A stretch of DNA of 33,282 nt from positions 105,424,626-105,457,907 of the forward strand of contig NC_068984.1 in the NCBI RefSeq assembly GCF_001194135.2, written 5' to 3'. Shown here piece by piece: positions 9,232 through 22,040 of this stretch. How positions within the stretch are numbered: position 1 is the first letter of the stretch; every line of letters starts with the position of its first letter. The position numbers and the translations under genes were made by a program. The notes beneath the pieces were generated by a model. That model had not been told where the DNA came from. It did not search any database and worked only from the letters and a program-made list of their open reading frames with translations. The DNA is from Octopus bimaculoides. Lineage: Eukaryota.

Positions 9232-9729
9232 TAGCTTAAAAACCGTACTCCATGCGGACTTTTAAACTGGCTCCTGCGGATGGTTAATTGGGCTTGCGGC
9301 CCAAAACTAATGAGTGCTAAATAGCATGACAATAATCCGTCTATAATGACGATATGCCCCGTGAGAATTAATTCTGTAATGCAATCATTTTATTGTTCCG
9401 TCCTAATTTGAATTCCAACTGTTGGGCAATTTGTCCCAAAGTTCTTATCTTGAAGTAAAATTAACGAAGCAAATGTCATTTATTCCTCCCTTGATCTCTG
9501 ACGTCATTTGACAAACGCTAACTAAGATAGGAATCAGCCAAGCTTCACTTGCCAGAAGTAGCAACCCAAATGCTTTTAAATCAGATCCCAATGCTGGATA
9601 TTCAGAACAAAATGAAGGGCAGCTTTTCAATCCCGGGATTATCCTGATTCCAAACAAGATATAATATGTTAATGTAGAACAAATGTAGACTGAGATACAA
9701 GGGTCCCAGACGGAGAGACAAAATTTTGC

Positions 9730-9735
<6 letters not shown>
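9231..9735 (-). mobile_element. Non-autonomous Helitron-like element
   Basis: The minus strand ends ..CCGCATGGAGTACGG (hairpin)-tttttaag-CTAG|T, the Helitron 3' signature. A second diverged copy lies at 23293-23805. No ORF and no TIR. Confidence 0.65.

Positions 9736-9782
<47 letters not shown>
9733..9782. repeat. (TTA)n microsatellite / retroelement tail
   Basis: Directly visible. Confidence 0.95.
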
Positions 9783-10275
9783 GAATGAGAGAGCAGTGCA
9801 TGCCATCAAAGTGACACTGGGGTAAAATATACGAAGCCCATTATACCCATCATGACTACCCGTCTGATAGAGATACACCAGGCACATGCATCACAACCAT
9901 ATGTGCGCGACATGGTGATCTCATATCAAGATAAACAGCGCATAACCTCGCAGGTGGGGCCAAGTTAGAATTTTCTTCAGGTCGAGTAACCCATCCCGCT
10001 CAAAAGGTCCCCGAATAAGGTTTGTTTAAGGATGTTAAGCAAAGCACCCATGTTTCCAAAGGTGAATTATTCAAACCCCAAAGAATTCCTCTCAACACAT
10101 GGCTATGATGCTCCCCCACTACTTCTGCTCATGATCAGAGATGCACATATTGTCAGCCACCAAGGGACATGCTCAACTGGTTAAAGTCTAACAACTGACA
10201 AGCAAATCTATGGTATTAAGCAGAATATTTGCTGTAGCCCATCTTTTTATACCAAGACAAAACAATGTACATGAT
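9783..10275 (-). mobile_element. 3' end of a (TAA)n-tailed retroelement (probably LINE 3'UTR or non-autonomous derivative; family unassigned), runs into an assembly gap
   Basis: Non-coding, higher-GC segment ending ..gcactgctctctcattcaat(aat)n on the minus strand, in the same orientation as the Dong/R4 copy beyond the gap. Confidence 0.55.
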
Positions 10276-10907
10276 NNNNNNNNNNNNNNNNNNNNNNNNN
10301 NNNNNNNNNNNNNNNNNNNNNNNNNNNNNNNNNNNNNNNNNNNNNNNNNNNNNNNNNNNNNNNNNNNNNNNNNNNNNNNNNNNNNNNNNNNNNNNNNNNN
10401 NNNNNNNNNNNNNNNNNNNNNNNNNNNNNNNNNNNNNNNNNNNNNNNNNNNNNNNNNNNNNNNNNNNNNNNNNNNNNNNNNNNNNNNNNNNNNNNNNNNN
10501 NNNNNNNNNNNNNNNNNNNNNNNNNNNNNNNNNNNNNNNNNNNNNNNNNNNNNNNNNNNNNNNNNNNNNNNNNNNNNNNNNNNNNNNNNNNNNNNNNNNN
10601 NNNNNNNNNNNNNNNNNNNNNNNNNNNNNNNNNNNNNNNNNNNNNNNNNNNNNNNNNNNNNNNNNNNNNNNNNNNNNNNNNNNNNNNNNNNNNNNNNNNN
10701 NNNNNNNNNNNNNNNNNNNNNNNNNNNNNNNNNNNNNNNNNNNNNNNNNNNNNNNNNNNNNNNNNNNNNNNNNNNNNNNNNNNNNNNNNNNNNNNNNNNN
10801 NNNNNNNNNNNNNNNNNNNNNNNNNNNNNNNNNNNNNNNNNNNNNNNNNNNNNNNNNNNNNNNNNNNNNNNNNNNNNNNNNNNNNNNNNNNNNNNNNNNN
10901 NNNNNNN

Positions 10908-10965
<58 letters not shown>

Positions 10966-10980
10966 CATCATCATCATTAT
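10908..10980. repeat. (TTA)n/(TCA)n tract at the 3' end of the Dong/R4 LINE
   Basis: Directly visible, adjacent to the LINE 3'UTR. Confidence 0.95.
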
Positions 10981-13900
10981 TCAGTAGTCTTATCTTGATC
11001 ACGTGCTTTCACTGCACTACCGAGCGCAGCTCTGTATGCCTTAAGGTATATGCTGTGATTTGTTGTGATGCTCTTATTTTTACTGTATTGAAAGTGTTTT
11101 ACGTAGGATGTGCGCAGTGCCTAGTAGTGTTATTTTCTGTATGTTATATATACTTGTTAGTCCTGGTGGTTTAGTTATGTATTTGAATATTTTTTTTTAT
11201 CGTACCTAATGCGCCTACTATAATAGGAAGCATTTCTATTTTTAGACTCCACATTCGAGTTACCTCTATTTTCAGATCTTTGTATTTTGAAAATTTCTCC
11301 GTTACTTTCAGAGAAACATTGTCATCTGTTGGTATTGGTACATCGATAAAAAAGCTTTTTTTTTTCTTGATAATTTCTGATAACTATATCTAGCCTATTG
11401 GCCTTAATTTCTCTATCTGTGTGTATTGGCATATCCCATAGTATGGTTGCTTTCCCATTTTCTGTAATCTTTTCTGGCGTTAGCCTATGCCATCTTTTTT
11501 CTCTTGTTATTACATAGTGTTGGCATAGCTTCTAGTGTATATAGGTCCCAACTGTGTCGTGTCTGTGAATATATTCCTTCTTACCCATGACAGAATATGT
11601 GGAGACTCCATATCCACATATTCTGCAGTTACTTGTATTTCTTTTCATTATATGTTTTTGGTAATTTCTGGTGGGAAGGTTTTGATCTTGTGCTGTAGTT
11701 AAAAATCCTTCAGTCTCTGCTTTGAGTCCTGAGCTTCTCAGCCATTGTTGGGATTCTGCTTTATCTATTTCTTTTCTGTTAAATTTAACCCAGTATTTTC
11801 CATGAAGGGGCTTTTCTTGCCATCGTTTTATCATGATCCGTTGCTGTTCTAGTTTTAGTTTGGATTTCAATTGTTTTACAGCTTTTGTTGGTTCTTCTTT
11901 TTCTTCATAGTTGTTAGGTACTACGACTTCTTTTTTGTATTTGTCAGCTTCCTTAAAGACTGAAAACAGTTTTTTGTTTTGTTCGTGTTTTGTGGCTAGT
12001 TGTATTAGTTTTCCTTGCTACTGAAGTAGGTATTTTTGTAGTCCTATGGTGGTTATTTTTCAATAATACATTGTATACATATAACCTGTCTATGTCAGAT
12101 TTTAGGTGGCGCATCCTAAATCCTGTCATTATTTTTCTTGTTTTCCTGTCTATCTTGATTAGTTCATTTAGAGTCCAATTAAGAATATTGTAGCTGCAAC
12201 TTATAACTGGGACAAATAGAGTGTTGATACCTATTATCTTGTTTTTCGTATTGAGCTTTGTTTTCAGTATTAATCTAACTCGTCTGTAGTATTCTTTTCT
12301 ATCTTCTCTTTCATTTGTGTGTGTTGTATCGTATCTTGTTCATTGATTCCTAAGTATTTGTATGTCTTGCTTTGGTCTAATTCTCTTATTTCATTTGCTT
12401 TATCTAGTGTGATGTTGCTACTCTTAACTAGTTTTCTTCTTTTCAAGGTTGCCTTGGCACATTTTACTAAGCCAAATTTCATGTTTATTTCTTTGGTAAA
12501 TCCATGTACTGTCTGTAGGACTGTTTCTAGCTGTTTATAATTTGTAGCGTACAGTTTTAGATCATCCATATATAAGAGGTAGCTGATTGTTTTGCGGTAA
12601 CAGCTGTATCCACATCCAGTTCTGTTTAGCAAGTCAGATAAAGGTGTCAGTGTCAAGCAGAAAAGGAGTGGAGAAAGCGTGTCTCCCTGGAATATTCCTC
12701 TTCTAATGGGGATGGCTTTGGTTTTTATGAGTCCCTCTTTTGCCTGGAGTTGTTGCACTGCCTGCCATTTAGTCATGGAATATCTTATACATTCTATGAT
12801 TATTGGTGTTCTCTTGTTCGTGGGTAGTGTTTCTAGGATCCATGTGTGGGGAATACCATCAAAAGCCTTTCGATAATCAATCCAGGCCATACTTAGACTC
12901 TTCTTTCTGCGGCTGTCTTCAGGTATGGCTTTATTGATTAGCAGCTGATCTTTACAGCCTTATGAGCCTTTGCAGCATCCCTTCTCTTCTGGAAACAGGT
13001 TGTTTTCCTCCAGATATTTGCTTATTCTCTACGATATTATTGCAGTAAAGGCTTTGTAAATTGTAGGGAGACAAGTTATAGGTCTGTAATTTTGTGGGTT
13101 TACCGTTTCAGCGGATTTGGGAATAAGGATGATTTTTCCCTTTCGTGAGCCATTCAGGCATTGTCTCTGGCTCTGCTAGTATTTCATTAAATTTCTCAGT
13201 CAGCTTTTTATTCTTTCCTGTTGGGTATTTTAACCAGAAGTTGGGGATCTTGTCATGCCCGGGTGTCTTCCAGTTGCTTAGTTTTTGCAGTATCTGGGTG
13301 ACCTCTTCAGTTGTTATAGGGGTCCAGAGTTGTTCAGGTGCTGTGTTCGTAGTTTTGCTGAGGTTGTTCCTTCACCGACCATATTTCTTTTCAAAATTGT
13401 TCCTCTTCTGCTGTTGGTGCTGCATTGATCTCTATTTTATTTTTGCCAAGTTTTTGGTAGAATTTTTTGGGGTTGGAGCTGAACTGTTTGTTTTGTTCAA
13501 AGAAACGTTGGCGTTTTGCATACCGGCAGATTCTTTGGGCTCTGGCGAGGATATCTGTTCTTTTACCTCAGGTAACTTTGTTCTGTAATTTTGTATTTAT
13601 GTAGTATTTTTCTTCTCTTCTTGTTGCTTAGTAGTGTGGATTGCCTACTAGTTTCATTAAGGATTGACAGATCCTTTCTCTTATTTTCTTTTTTTTTTTC
13701 TGGATATTATTTATCCACAGGATTTGTGTGGGTGGTGATGCTCCTGTTTGGATGGGTTTTAGTGGGTTTCCAGCTTCTTTTGTGGCCACATAGGCTGCTG
13801 CATATATTATATCATTTAGCCTTGTCATATTGACATTTGTTTATGTGGCTAATAGTTTTGTGACAGCCAAGTTCATGCCATTTATTATTGATGTTGTTTT

Positions 13901-14137
13901 ATTATCAACTTTAATTTTTGGGAGGTATAATCGGTGGCCCATACTGAGACCTGTGGCTTTCAATTCTTTGATTATGCTCATTTTTAGAGTATCATAATCA
14001 TTAGTTTCACCTTTGCTGTTTCCAGGTTTTAGATTTGTTTCGTATTCCCCGTCGTTCATATTTTTGTCTGTGGTGTTCTGGTTAGGTGCATTTTGCTCAT
14101 CATTATACGTTCCTACGATCTGGGTTTGTTGTCTTTC
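10981..14137 (-). mobile_element. Dong/R4-clade non-LTR retrotransposon (RT, Zn knuckle, restriction-like endonuclease), degenerate
   Basis: Encodes NYRPITCLPTIYK, GCKDQLLINK, AWIDYRKAFDGIPH, GIFQGDTLSPLLF, LLYMDDLKLY and KPLHGKY..LKAETEGFLTTAQDQ..CRICG. The endonuclease part reads ANRLDIVI..FFIDVPIP..EKFSKYKDL. It ends in (TAA)n. Confidence 0.93.
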
Positions 14138-14703
14138 GCTGAAATTCTTACATCTTCAGCATTGGGAGATTCATTGTCACTGTTCAAAGTCAGTGTAGTT
14201 CTCCATGATCTCATACTTACAGACGAGAAGTTTCGCAGAGTAGGTGCTATTTTATACATTTCCAGACATTTCTTGATTCATGAATGTGGCATAGCCTTTT
14301 TATAGTCTATCCAGGCTATCGACAATTTTTTGTGTCGTTTGTGACAATCTTCCAAGATCATCTTATTGATGAGTAACTGATCTTTACAACCATAGCCATA
14401 GCATTCACGTTTACATCCTTTTTGCTTATTAGGGATTATGCCATTTTCTATTAAAGAACTATAGGTATATTCAGTCAAGACATATGTTAGCATTTTATAC
14501 ATTGTTGTTAAGCAGGTTATGGGTCTATAATTTTTTGGTTCATTTGTTTCTTCATTTTTGGAAGTAAGAATATTATACCATCAACTAGCCAAGAGAAAAT
14601 CATACTAGGTTGTTGCAAAGTTTTGTTAGCAGTTCATAGCTCTCTGAGAAGGCATTCAACCAGAAGTTAGGAATTTTATCCTTTCCTGGAGACTTCCATT
14701 TGC
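14138..14703 (-). mobile_element. RT fragment of a second, distinct Dong/R4 subfamily
   Basis: WKSPGKDKIPNFWL..PKNYRPITCLTTMYKMLT..GCKDQLLINKMILED..AWIDYKKAMPHS..MRSWRTTL. It repeats a region already present in 10981-14137 but with a different sequence. Confidence 0.88.
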
Positions 14704-14739
14704 CTGAGTTCCTGAGAGCAGATCATACATCCTCTACCT

Positions 14740-15170
14740 TGACATACATGCACATGCGTACACGCACACCCACGCACATGTGCATATATACATATGCCCA
14801 CTCACACTCGCGTGAAACACATACATGCACCCCCCCCCACCTATATTTATACATATATATGCAACCATACACATGTACACGTATACATATCCGCACACAC
14901 GCACACACATACGTATATAAACCCACACGCGCACAATTATATTCATATACATGTCTAAAAATACGCATATGCTATGTATGCATATGCTCACTCACACTCG
15001 CATGAAATACATACATGCACAACCTCACACACACCTATATGTATACATATATATGCAACCATACACATGTACACATATACGCACCCGCACACACACACAC
15101 ACACAGATACGTATATATACCCATACGCGCACAAATATGTTCATATATACGTCTATATACGCACATGCAC
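14740..15170. repeat. CA/TA-rich low-complexity region with a 190-bp tandem duplication
   Basis: atgcy cactcacactcgc..tgaaa..catacatgcac..acctatat..tatacatatatatgcaaccatacacatgtacac occurs at 14794 and 14984. Confidence 0.8.
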
Positions 15171-15889
15171 AAAAAGCAGGGTGAAAAGGTATGCTTTATA
15201 TATTTTTACATATTTTTTTTGTATATTACCTTTCACCCTGCTTTTTGTGTATGTACATGCGCGCATACGCGAATCCACACACCAGCTTGTCGTGAAGCAC
15301 TGCTTGGGAACAATTGCCCTATTGTCTTTAAAGAAGAAAGGCAGTTTGAAAAATGTAGTTCTAAATGAATAACATCATTCTATAATGGTTCACTTTTCGT
15401 TCTCTTCCCCGTATATTTTATATTGCACACATACAAATATACAATTATTCTCGCGCATTCCGCCATTAATATCAATACCAGTGTTTATTGTGAGCAAAAA
15501 TTAAACAATTTGTGACACAAAAGTCTATAGATGGTGCAGTAACCCTACTCAAAGAAACTTCTTACATTATATTCAGGAAGACACCCTTACCACCTGCCTA
15601 AGTTCACTCGCAGCACACCAATGGTCGTTGAAATATGAAAAGTTTTCCTATTGCACCTTATATAAAATTCAACAGCTGCTCAACTGGTCCACAGATACAT
15701 TCAATTTAAAAATATAAATTTGAAAGATAGGTTGGATGCACACTAAAACACCTCAATGACTTTCTTGTAGACTGCATCAACTAATTGCTGACCCATGTTC
15801 TAGCTATCGTATGATCGAAGAAAAATAAACGTGATGGGCATGGGTACAACGTCGTTTTGACTTCAAATTTACGCGTTCAGCATAATCAA

Positions 15890-15960
15890 TAACAACAATA
15901 GTAGTAGCAAAAACAACAACAACAACAAAAACAACAACAGCAGCAGCAACAACAATAAAA
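15890..15960. repeat. (CAA)n/(CAG)n microsatellite
   Basis: Directly visible; a similar tract lies at 16480-16560. Confidence 0.9.
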
Positions 15961-16599
15961 ATAGTTTACTTTCTCATTCTACCCTTTCTTCCAAGGTGGA
16001 TTTAAATAGCGACAATTAACCATTTTTGCCAAAAACAATGCACTGCTTACGATCTTATCTATTCTTCTAGTTACGTTTAACTGAACCACTGAAAGAATGG
16101 TTAAGTATCCAGTTCCTAATTTACCTGATAACATCGTATTTCTTGTTGTCAATTAACCACTTAATTAATTAAGCTAATTGCTTAAAGACTATAACTAATT
16201 AATTAATTTATTTCTATGTGAAACGTTACAAGCATAGCTCAGAAATCGTCATATTACTTATTTTAATTCTGTAGAGAGTTTCCCATCTGGTTAGTATTGT
16301 TTGTTTTCTAGTTCTCGTGACTCTCTGTCTGGTCAGGTAGACATGAACTAAGTTTACAGCATAACACAAAACTATTGATTCATTGGACAGAACTTGTAGA
16401 ATTTAGAGAAGCATCGCTGTGAAGACGTCTACTTTGGCACGTCTTGTACACCACCATTATGCCAACCACCACTTCCAACAGTAGCAACAGTAACAACAAC
16501 CACAACAACAACAGCAACAGGAACAACATCAACAACAGTAGTAGCAATAGCAGCAGCAATCATATCTTATTGTCTTCAATAGTTTTCAACAAGCAATAA

Positions 16600-17000
16600 C
16601 CATGATCTGCTAGAAGTAGCAATCTGATCTCCCACAAATCCTCCATGTTTTCAATAGCTTTCAACTAATAATAACCCTATCTCGGATACCCCTCGTTGGG
16701 TCTGATACCGACTAAAGTAAGACAATGACATATAGTAACGTAGCTTAAAACATTGGTTGGCAACGGCTGGAATGCATTTAATCATAAGTCAGGATTGGTG
16801 TGGGGCGAAATAATAAAAAAATTACAATAGCGACATTAAGAAACGAGGCATCCGCTTCATTGTCGTTTGACCAGCTAAAGCATCAGCCAAATGTCCCTTA
16901 TACCACACCGTACCGTCTTATAAAAGAAGAATAAATCTGCATAAAGGCGGGATGGTCGTGACTGAAATGCTTTTGTCTTTTAGATTAGAATTGACCCGGA
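16600..17000. repeat. Diverged fragments of a dispersed repeat (gctggaatgc.tt..atcata / atctgctagaa.tagca modules)
   Basis: Recurring modules (ggctggaatgcattt, gactgaaatgcttt, ccaaatgtccct..accacacc.taccgtctta) that I recall as a common octopus repeat; not classified. Confidence 0.4.
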
Positions 17001-17133
17001 ACTCCTCCTCCTTCTCCNNNNNNNNNNNNNNNNNNNNNNNNNNNNNNNNNNNNNNNNNNNNNNNNNNNNNNNCTCCTCCTCCTCCTCCTCATCATCAGCA
17101 GCAGCAGCAAAAGTAGCAGTAGCAGCAGCTTTC

Positions 17134-17183
17134 CTATTTGTGCCATTCACTATTTGTGCCGCTTCACTATTTGTGCCGCTTCC
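17134..17183. repeat. Three tandem 16-17-bp units ctatttgtgcc(g)(c/a)ttca
   Basis: Directly visible at 17134, 17150 and 17167. Confidence 0.9.
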
Positions 17184-18269
17184 AACATTTACAAAGTTGA
17201 GCTATGTCTAGTATGATAGACTTATGACATAATAATCATTTACTGTATATAGTCCAATTTACTGAATTTAAGTTAATGTATATAAGACACATTTTCATTT
17301 AGGTGCCTAAATTGTTTCGAAAAGTTCTGATAATATCATATATAACATGCAGTGTTGTAGCGCTGATAATTGATTATAAGCCGACACAGTATTTTTTAAT
17401 ATTTCATTATATAAAAATATATTAATATAGAATAAAAGAGCGGGTGAGCTTTTGCTCGTGGCTGTGTAGTAAGAGGTTAGTTTTCGAACCACATGGTCCC
17501 GGGTTCAAAAGCAATTTTTGTACATATGCATTTGTACATACTTACACAGCGTATATGCTTATATAGGATTTTATTATGTTTTATTTATTAGAATTCTTCG
17601 TAGAAGGAATGAATAAATTGCTAACAAAGGAATAGAATTCGCTGGAATATGGATAAATACAACGATATGTGTTACTTGCTGAAGTTTAGGTAGGTTTTGC
17701 ATATTTTTCCTGTTCTTCTTAAAGATTCTGTTTGTAAAATGAGTGTTGGTCGGTCTCTTTCTTTACTCGGAAATCCTAGCTTTTCAAGATTGCCATTAAG
17801 ACCCGGTATTGTCAACATTTTAAAGGATAAATTTGGCTTCACCAAATGTAGACCCATGTATGGACCTTGACATAACTTTGAAAACATAATTTTTCAATGT
17901 AATTTAAAGTAAATGCAACTTCAGAAGTGAAAACAAAAGTTATAATTTAAGTACCATCAGTAATTAAAAAGCACCAAATTTGAACAACTTTCCCTATTTT
18001 CAATCTAACCAGTTTTAAATGTAATGATAACGACAGTAATGTCCTTTATGCAATTAAATGCTAATAAAAAACGCATTTATCTGGTCCTTGACATCATACA
18101 TGTCTCATATTTGTGGAAATTCATTTACTGTATTTGTCTGCAAATATGTCCATATTGTGTCTGATTTATAATGTGATTATCATTGGAAACCAGGCGAGAC
18201 ATGTTTTATTGAACCTTTAGTTATTTCTTATGGAAATCGCTAATTTGAATGCACTCTTAATGTAATTCT

Positions 18270-19385
18270 GAGATCACATGGGTCAAGGTCACTTTTTGTC
18301 AAGCATTGTCAAAGAACTGCAGAAATAACTTCATGGTATGTATGCTCTCGATGGAACTTTGCCATCGCAAATCTGTATTTGCTTACTTTATTACTGTTGA
18401 CAATTTTGAGAAAGCTTTCCCAGGGTGACAACTGGATTTGTATTTCAGAAATATGACCAGGTATAAGAGAAAAAAAAATGCAAAAACAGCCCTGATGTTT
18501 TCTATTGTATTTGTGAATGTTACACTTTACCAAAGTAGCGCAACAAAATCACAAATTTTATGAAGAAAGCTTACCTTATTTGGCATGAACCTGGGCATCC
18601 CACATAGTGTGTAAAACGTGTGTTGAAACACTGAGACAGTGACTGTTTCAAATATTTAAGTTGAGGTTTCTAGCCTTGTCTTGTGAGAAAATTAAGGTTG
18701 GTGTGTTTGACGGGCTATAGATTGGGTCGAGCAGGTCGAGCAATTTTTGAAGACCATATCTGGCGTTGAAAAAGAAGCGTGGAATGCTTCTGCTGCGGTA
18801 GTGACTAATTTCCTGGGAAAGGGTAGTCGTCAAATTATGAAAAGTTTCTGCAGACCCTGTAAATCAGTTTTCGAGCACTAGACTGACTGCAACATGAGTG
18901 TTAATGTGCACAGTCATCTGGATTACTTTCTTGAAAATCATAGTGTAATGAGTGATGATCAAAGTGAATGACTCCACCAAGGTATCAAGACAATGGAGAC
19001 TAGGTATTAAGCCAGATGAAACACAAGCATGATAACTGACTACCGCTGGTGTCTGCAAAGAAACAGTCGCGATGCAAGTTATTCACGCAAGGCACCAAAG
19101 AGAAAGTTCACTCCTTGAGTAACTGTAACTCCAGTTTGTCAGAAATATCTATCCTAATATGTGAAATTAAACATTTTGTGTAATATATTTGTTAAACAAT
19201 AAAAAGTACTGTCTGATTTGTTTTAGCTTCTTACTTCAGTATTACATTTAATTGGTAAAAAATGAATTCTTGTTTAACAAAAAGTATTTCTGAAGGCATT
19301 TCTGAACGTCACCACACCCAATTAGGTAGGATTAATTGTAAAAAGCAAAACAATTAAATATTTTTTTCAAAAATGTTCCCCAGTG
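18270..19385 (+). mobile_element. Internally deleted DNA-transposon relic (widespread transposase family with consensus ERFHQD..RYQGRW..MMADYCW; superfamily not assigned)
   Basis: Degenerate frames: FMKKAYL..HIVCKTCVETLRQ, KVGVFDG, EKEAWNA..VVTNFLG, CNMSV..HSHLDYFLEN..SDDQSE*LHQGIKTMETRY and MITDYRWCLQR. Right terminus is aaaatgttccccagtg. The left end is uncertain. Confidence 0.8.
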
Positions 19386-19669
19386 TTATTGGTATAGATG
19401 TAAGCTTATAATCAGGGCAGAGGTGCCACATGTTTCGAAGCGGCTGCTGATAGATATTCACTTTATTGTTGATTGTGGAAGAGATGTTTATATCTGAAGA
19501 GCAGCTAACATCTATAGTACTTGAATTTTTTCTGTCCCAAATAACTATGTCAAGCCTGTTATGTTTGCATTTGGTAGAAGTTTTAACAAGAATGTTCCTC
19601 TAATATTCCTTACGCAGTGTTTTCTTTCGTTTTTTGTGACCCTCTTTTTTGTGGTGATGCTGTTTCAAA

Positions 19670-19673
19670 TAGA

Positions 19674-19716
<43 letters not shown>

Positions 19717-19850
19717 TATATACATAAATCTGTATATATGTATATATGTATGTACACATATGCATGCATGTATGTACATAAGTATATATGTCTGTATGTA
19801 TGTATACATGAATGTAGGCATAAATGCAAGTATGTATATATGTAGGTATG
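19670..19850. repeat. (TA)n and TATG-type low-complexity tract
   Basis: Directly visible. Confidence 0.9.
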
Positions 19851-21059
19851 CAGTAAATAGATGTATTCACAAATGCCTTCACACACTCTAACGATTTCAT
19901 GCACACACATAGACACCATTTCTCCGCCTCACTAACCAGCATCACCATACTTGCACGCACTATACACATGCATACATCACACTGTAACACATTCACACAC
20001 ATACACAACACTCCCTCTTACACCGGTATTCCTCCGCCCTGCTTCTTCACTCCCCAATAAAATAACACTCCTTTTGTTTCTAGCCATTCACCTTCCTCAT
20101 CTGTACTTCCCACTTTTATATATACTCGCCATTTTTCTTTCTCAATTTCTCCATGTTTTTCTCTTTTGTTGTGATGAAGGAAATAATGTCCGAAACGTTA
20201 AAACACACAAAACACACACACACCACACACACATACACACACACACACACACACACGCAATTTTTCAAAAGAGCTGCTAATAAGTTCATGTTTTACAGAC
20301 ACAATGATTTAGCAGATTTCTATAACATGCCATGTACCGTCAAGCAATGTATCAGGCTCAGTACATATCATTAGATGTATTTAAAAACCAGTTTGTGAGA
20401 AAACATAAGAAAAAGAACGAGAAGAAAAATGCGATGAGTGACGAAAAAGGTGAAAGGAGAAGGCAAAGAAGAAAAGTATGAAAACCAAGATCTTCATCCT
20501 CTTTGTCTCTAGAAATCATAATTAATTTACCTGGTGTAGAATAATATAACAGAGAGGAGACGTATGACCAAGTTTATGTTTGTTAATGTGTACCTCTGCA
20601 TTAAAACGAATAACAGAATACAGTGATGTCGTCGTCTTGCTGGCCTTGTTTCTGAATAAAAACAAGCAACAAATGGGAAAAGCAGGTGAAGTAAATCTTA
20701 TCATTTAATTGAAATTGTTATTTTTCAAATAAAAACGGCAGGTGAATTTATTGGTTTAGTTAGACGGAAACATGAAAATGTTTCTTTCTTGACTTCATCA
20801 CTTTAAACAGACACTTTAATTGTTGTTGATGATTTGCATTTCCTGACGTTTTTGCATAGAAATTTATGAAAAGCTAAGATGCGACTAGACGTAGGTTCAA
20901 TATTCGTAGAGAGAAGTGTGTAGTGAACCGATAATCCCAAAGGATGTATTTGAAAAAAAATTTAACCAGAGATCGCAAAGCATCAATTCTAGTGGTCTAC
21001 CGTTTTATAAATCACTGTTCTAGTTAGATAAAATGTTGAGAAGTGGGTATGCTTTGCTC

Positions 21060-22040
21060 TATCCTTGCATATCTTCAGTCCACAATTGGACGAAGGCCTC
21101 AGTATATTCCCTCCACTAGTCACGGTCTGATGTTTTCCTCATCCAAGTTAGGGATGCCGAAGCATGTAAAAAGTCTTCGTTCCATTTTTGCATGGTTTTC
21201 CCCTCCTTTTATGGACGTAGTGTCCATTCTGTCAAGTTGCTATTCCATCTATTGTCTTTTCTTCTAGACACATGTCCCGCGGAAGACCATTTCAATGTTT
21301 TATTTTCCAGATAACATCCGTTAAATCTGTTGCCACTCTTATCTTGTTGTTTCTCAACTTATCCACTTTGTTAATTGTCAGCATTCTCCTTTCCATGTCT
21401 CTTTAATTTATTTTCAATGCTCTTGTTGGTAGTCTATGTTTCTGATGCATACGTAAAAATAGACAGCACACACTGGTTGAAAACCTTTCCTTTTAGACAT
21501 TTGGGCAAGTTGCTGCTCATAAAGTGATTCAATTTACCAAAGGCTGCTCATCTTAATTGTATTCATCGTTCAATTTCTTTGGTTTGATTTTTAAACTTTA
21601 GGCAGATTATTTGCTCAAGACAGGTATATTGGTTTACATGTTCAGCTATTTCATAATCTATTATCACATCTCTAGCTGTGATTAGATGGTTGGCGGTTAT
21701 CTTCGTTTTACTAAAAGTTCTGAGTCCACATTTTTTGCTTTCTTCTTTTAGTTCTCTGAGCATTTCTGTTCCTTACTTAATGCTCCTGGAAATGAGTACA
21801 GTATCATCAACGAATCTGAGATGAGTTAGGATGCATCCGTTTATATTTATTCCTTTATCTGACAAACAAAGTTTTAAAAACCTTTCTTATACAAATGGGA
21901 ATAATCTGGGTGATGCGGTGTCTCCTTGTCTGGTTCCTTTATCATTTTTGATATCAATCGCTTTGTTGTTTATAGTTGCTGCAGTACTACAGTTAATGTA
22001 CACATTCTCTAATAGCTTCACGTAGTCCGTGGAAATTGAT
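21060..22040 (-). mobile_element. Decayed RTE-1/BovB-like LINE 3' portion
   Basis: YVKLLENVY..KGTRQGDTASPRLF, LTHLRFVDDTVL, MLRELKEESKKCGL, YASET, GHVSRRKDNRW and EAFVQLWT. Confidence 0.85.

Noticed and set aside
8683-10998. Long ORFs in the track spanning N-runs and (CA)/(TA)/(TAA) repeats (also 23635-24384)
   Set aside because: They are artefacts of assembly gaps and microsatellites.
17134-17183. Short direct repeats as a CRISPR-like array
   Set aside because: The units are directly adjacent with no unique spacers, and the context is eukaryotic.
17672-17887. 71-aa minus-strand ORF as a host exon
   Set aside because: No recognisable domain and only weak splice signals, so it cannot be supported without expression data.
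19420-19510. GAAACATGT (minus strand) and CTGAAGAGCAGC (plus strand) as hammerhead parts
   Set aside because: The two half-cores are on opposite strands, the triplet would be GUG (non-cleavable), and no stem I or II can be built.
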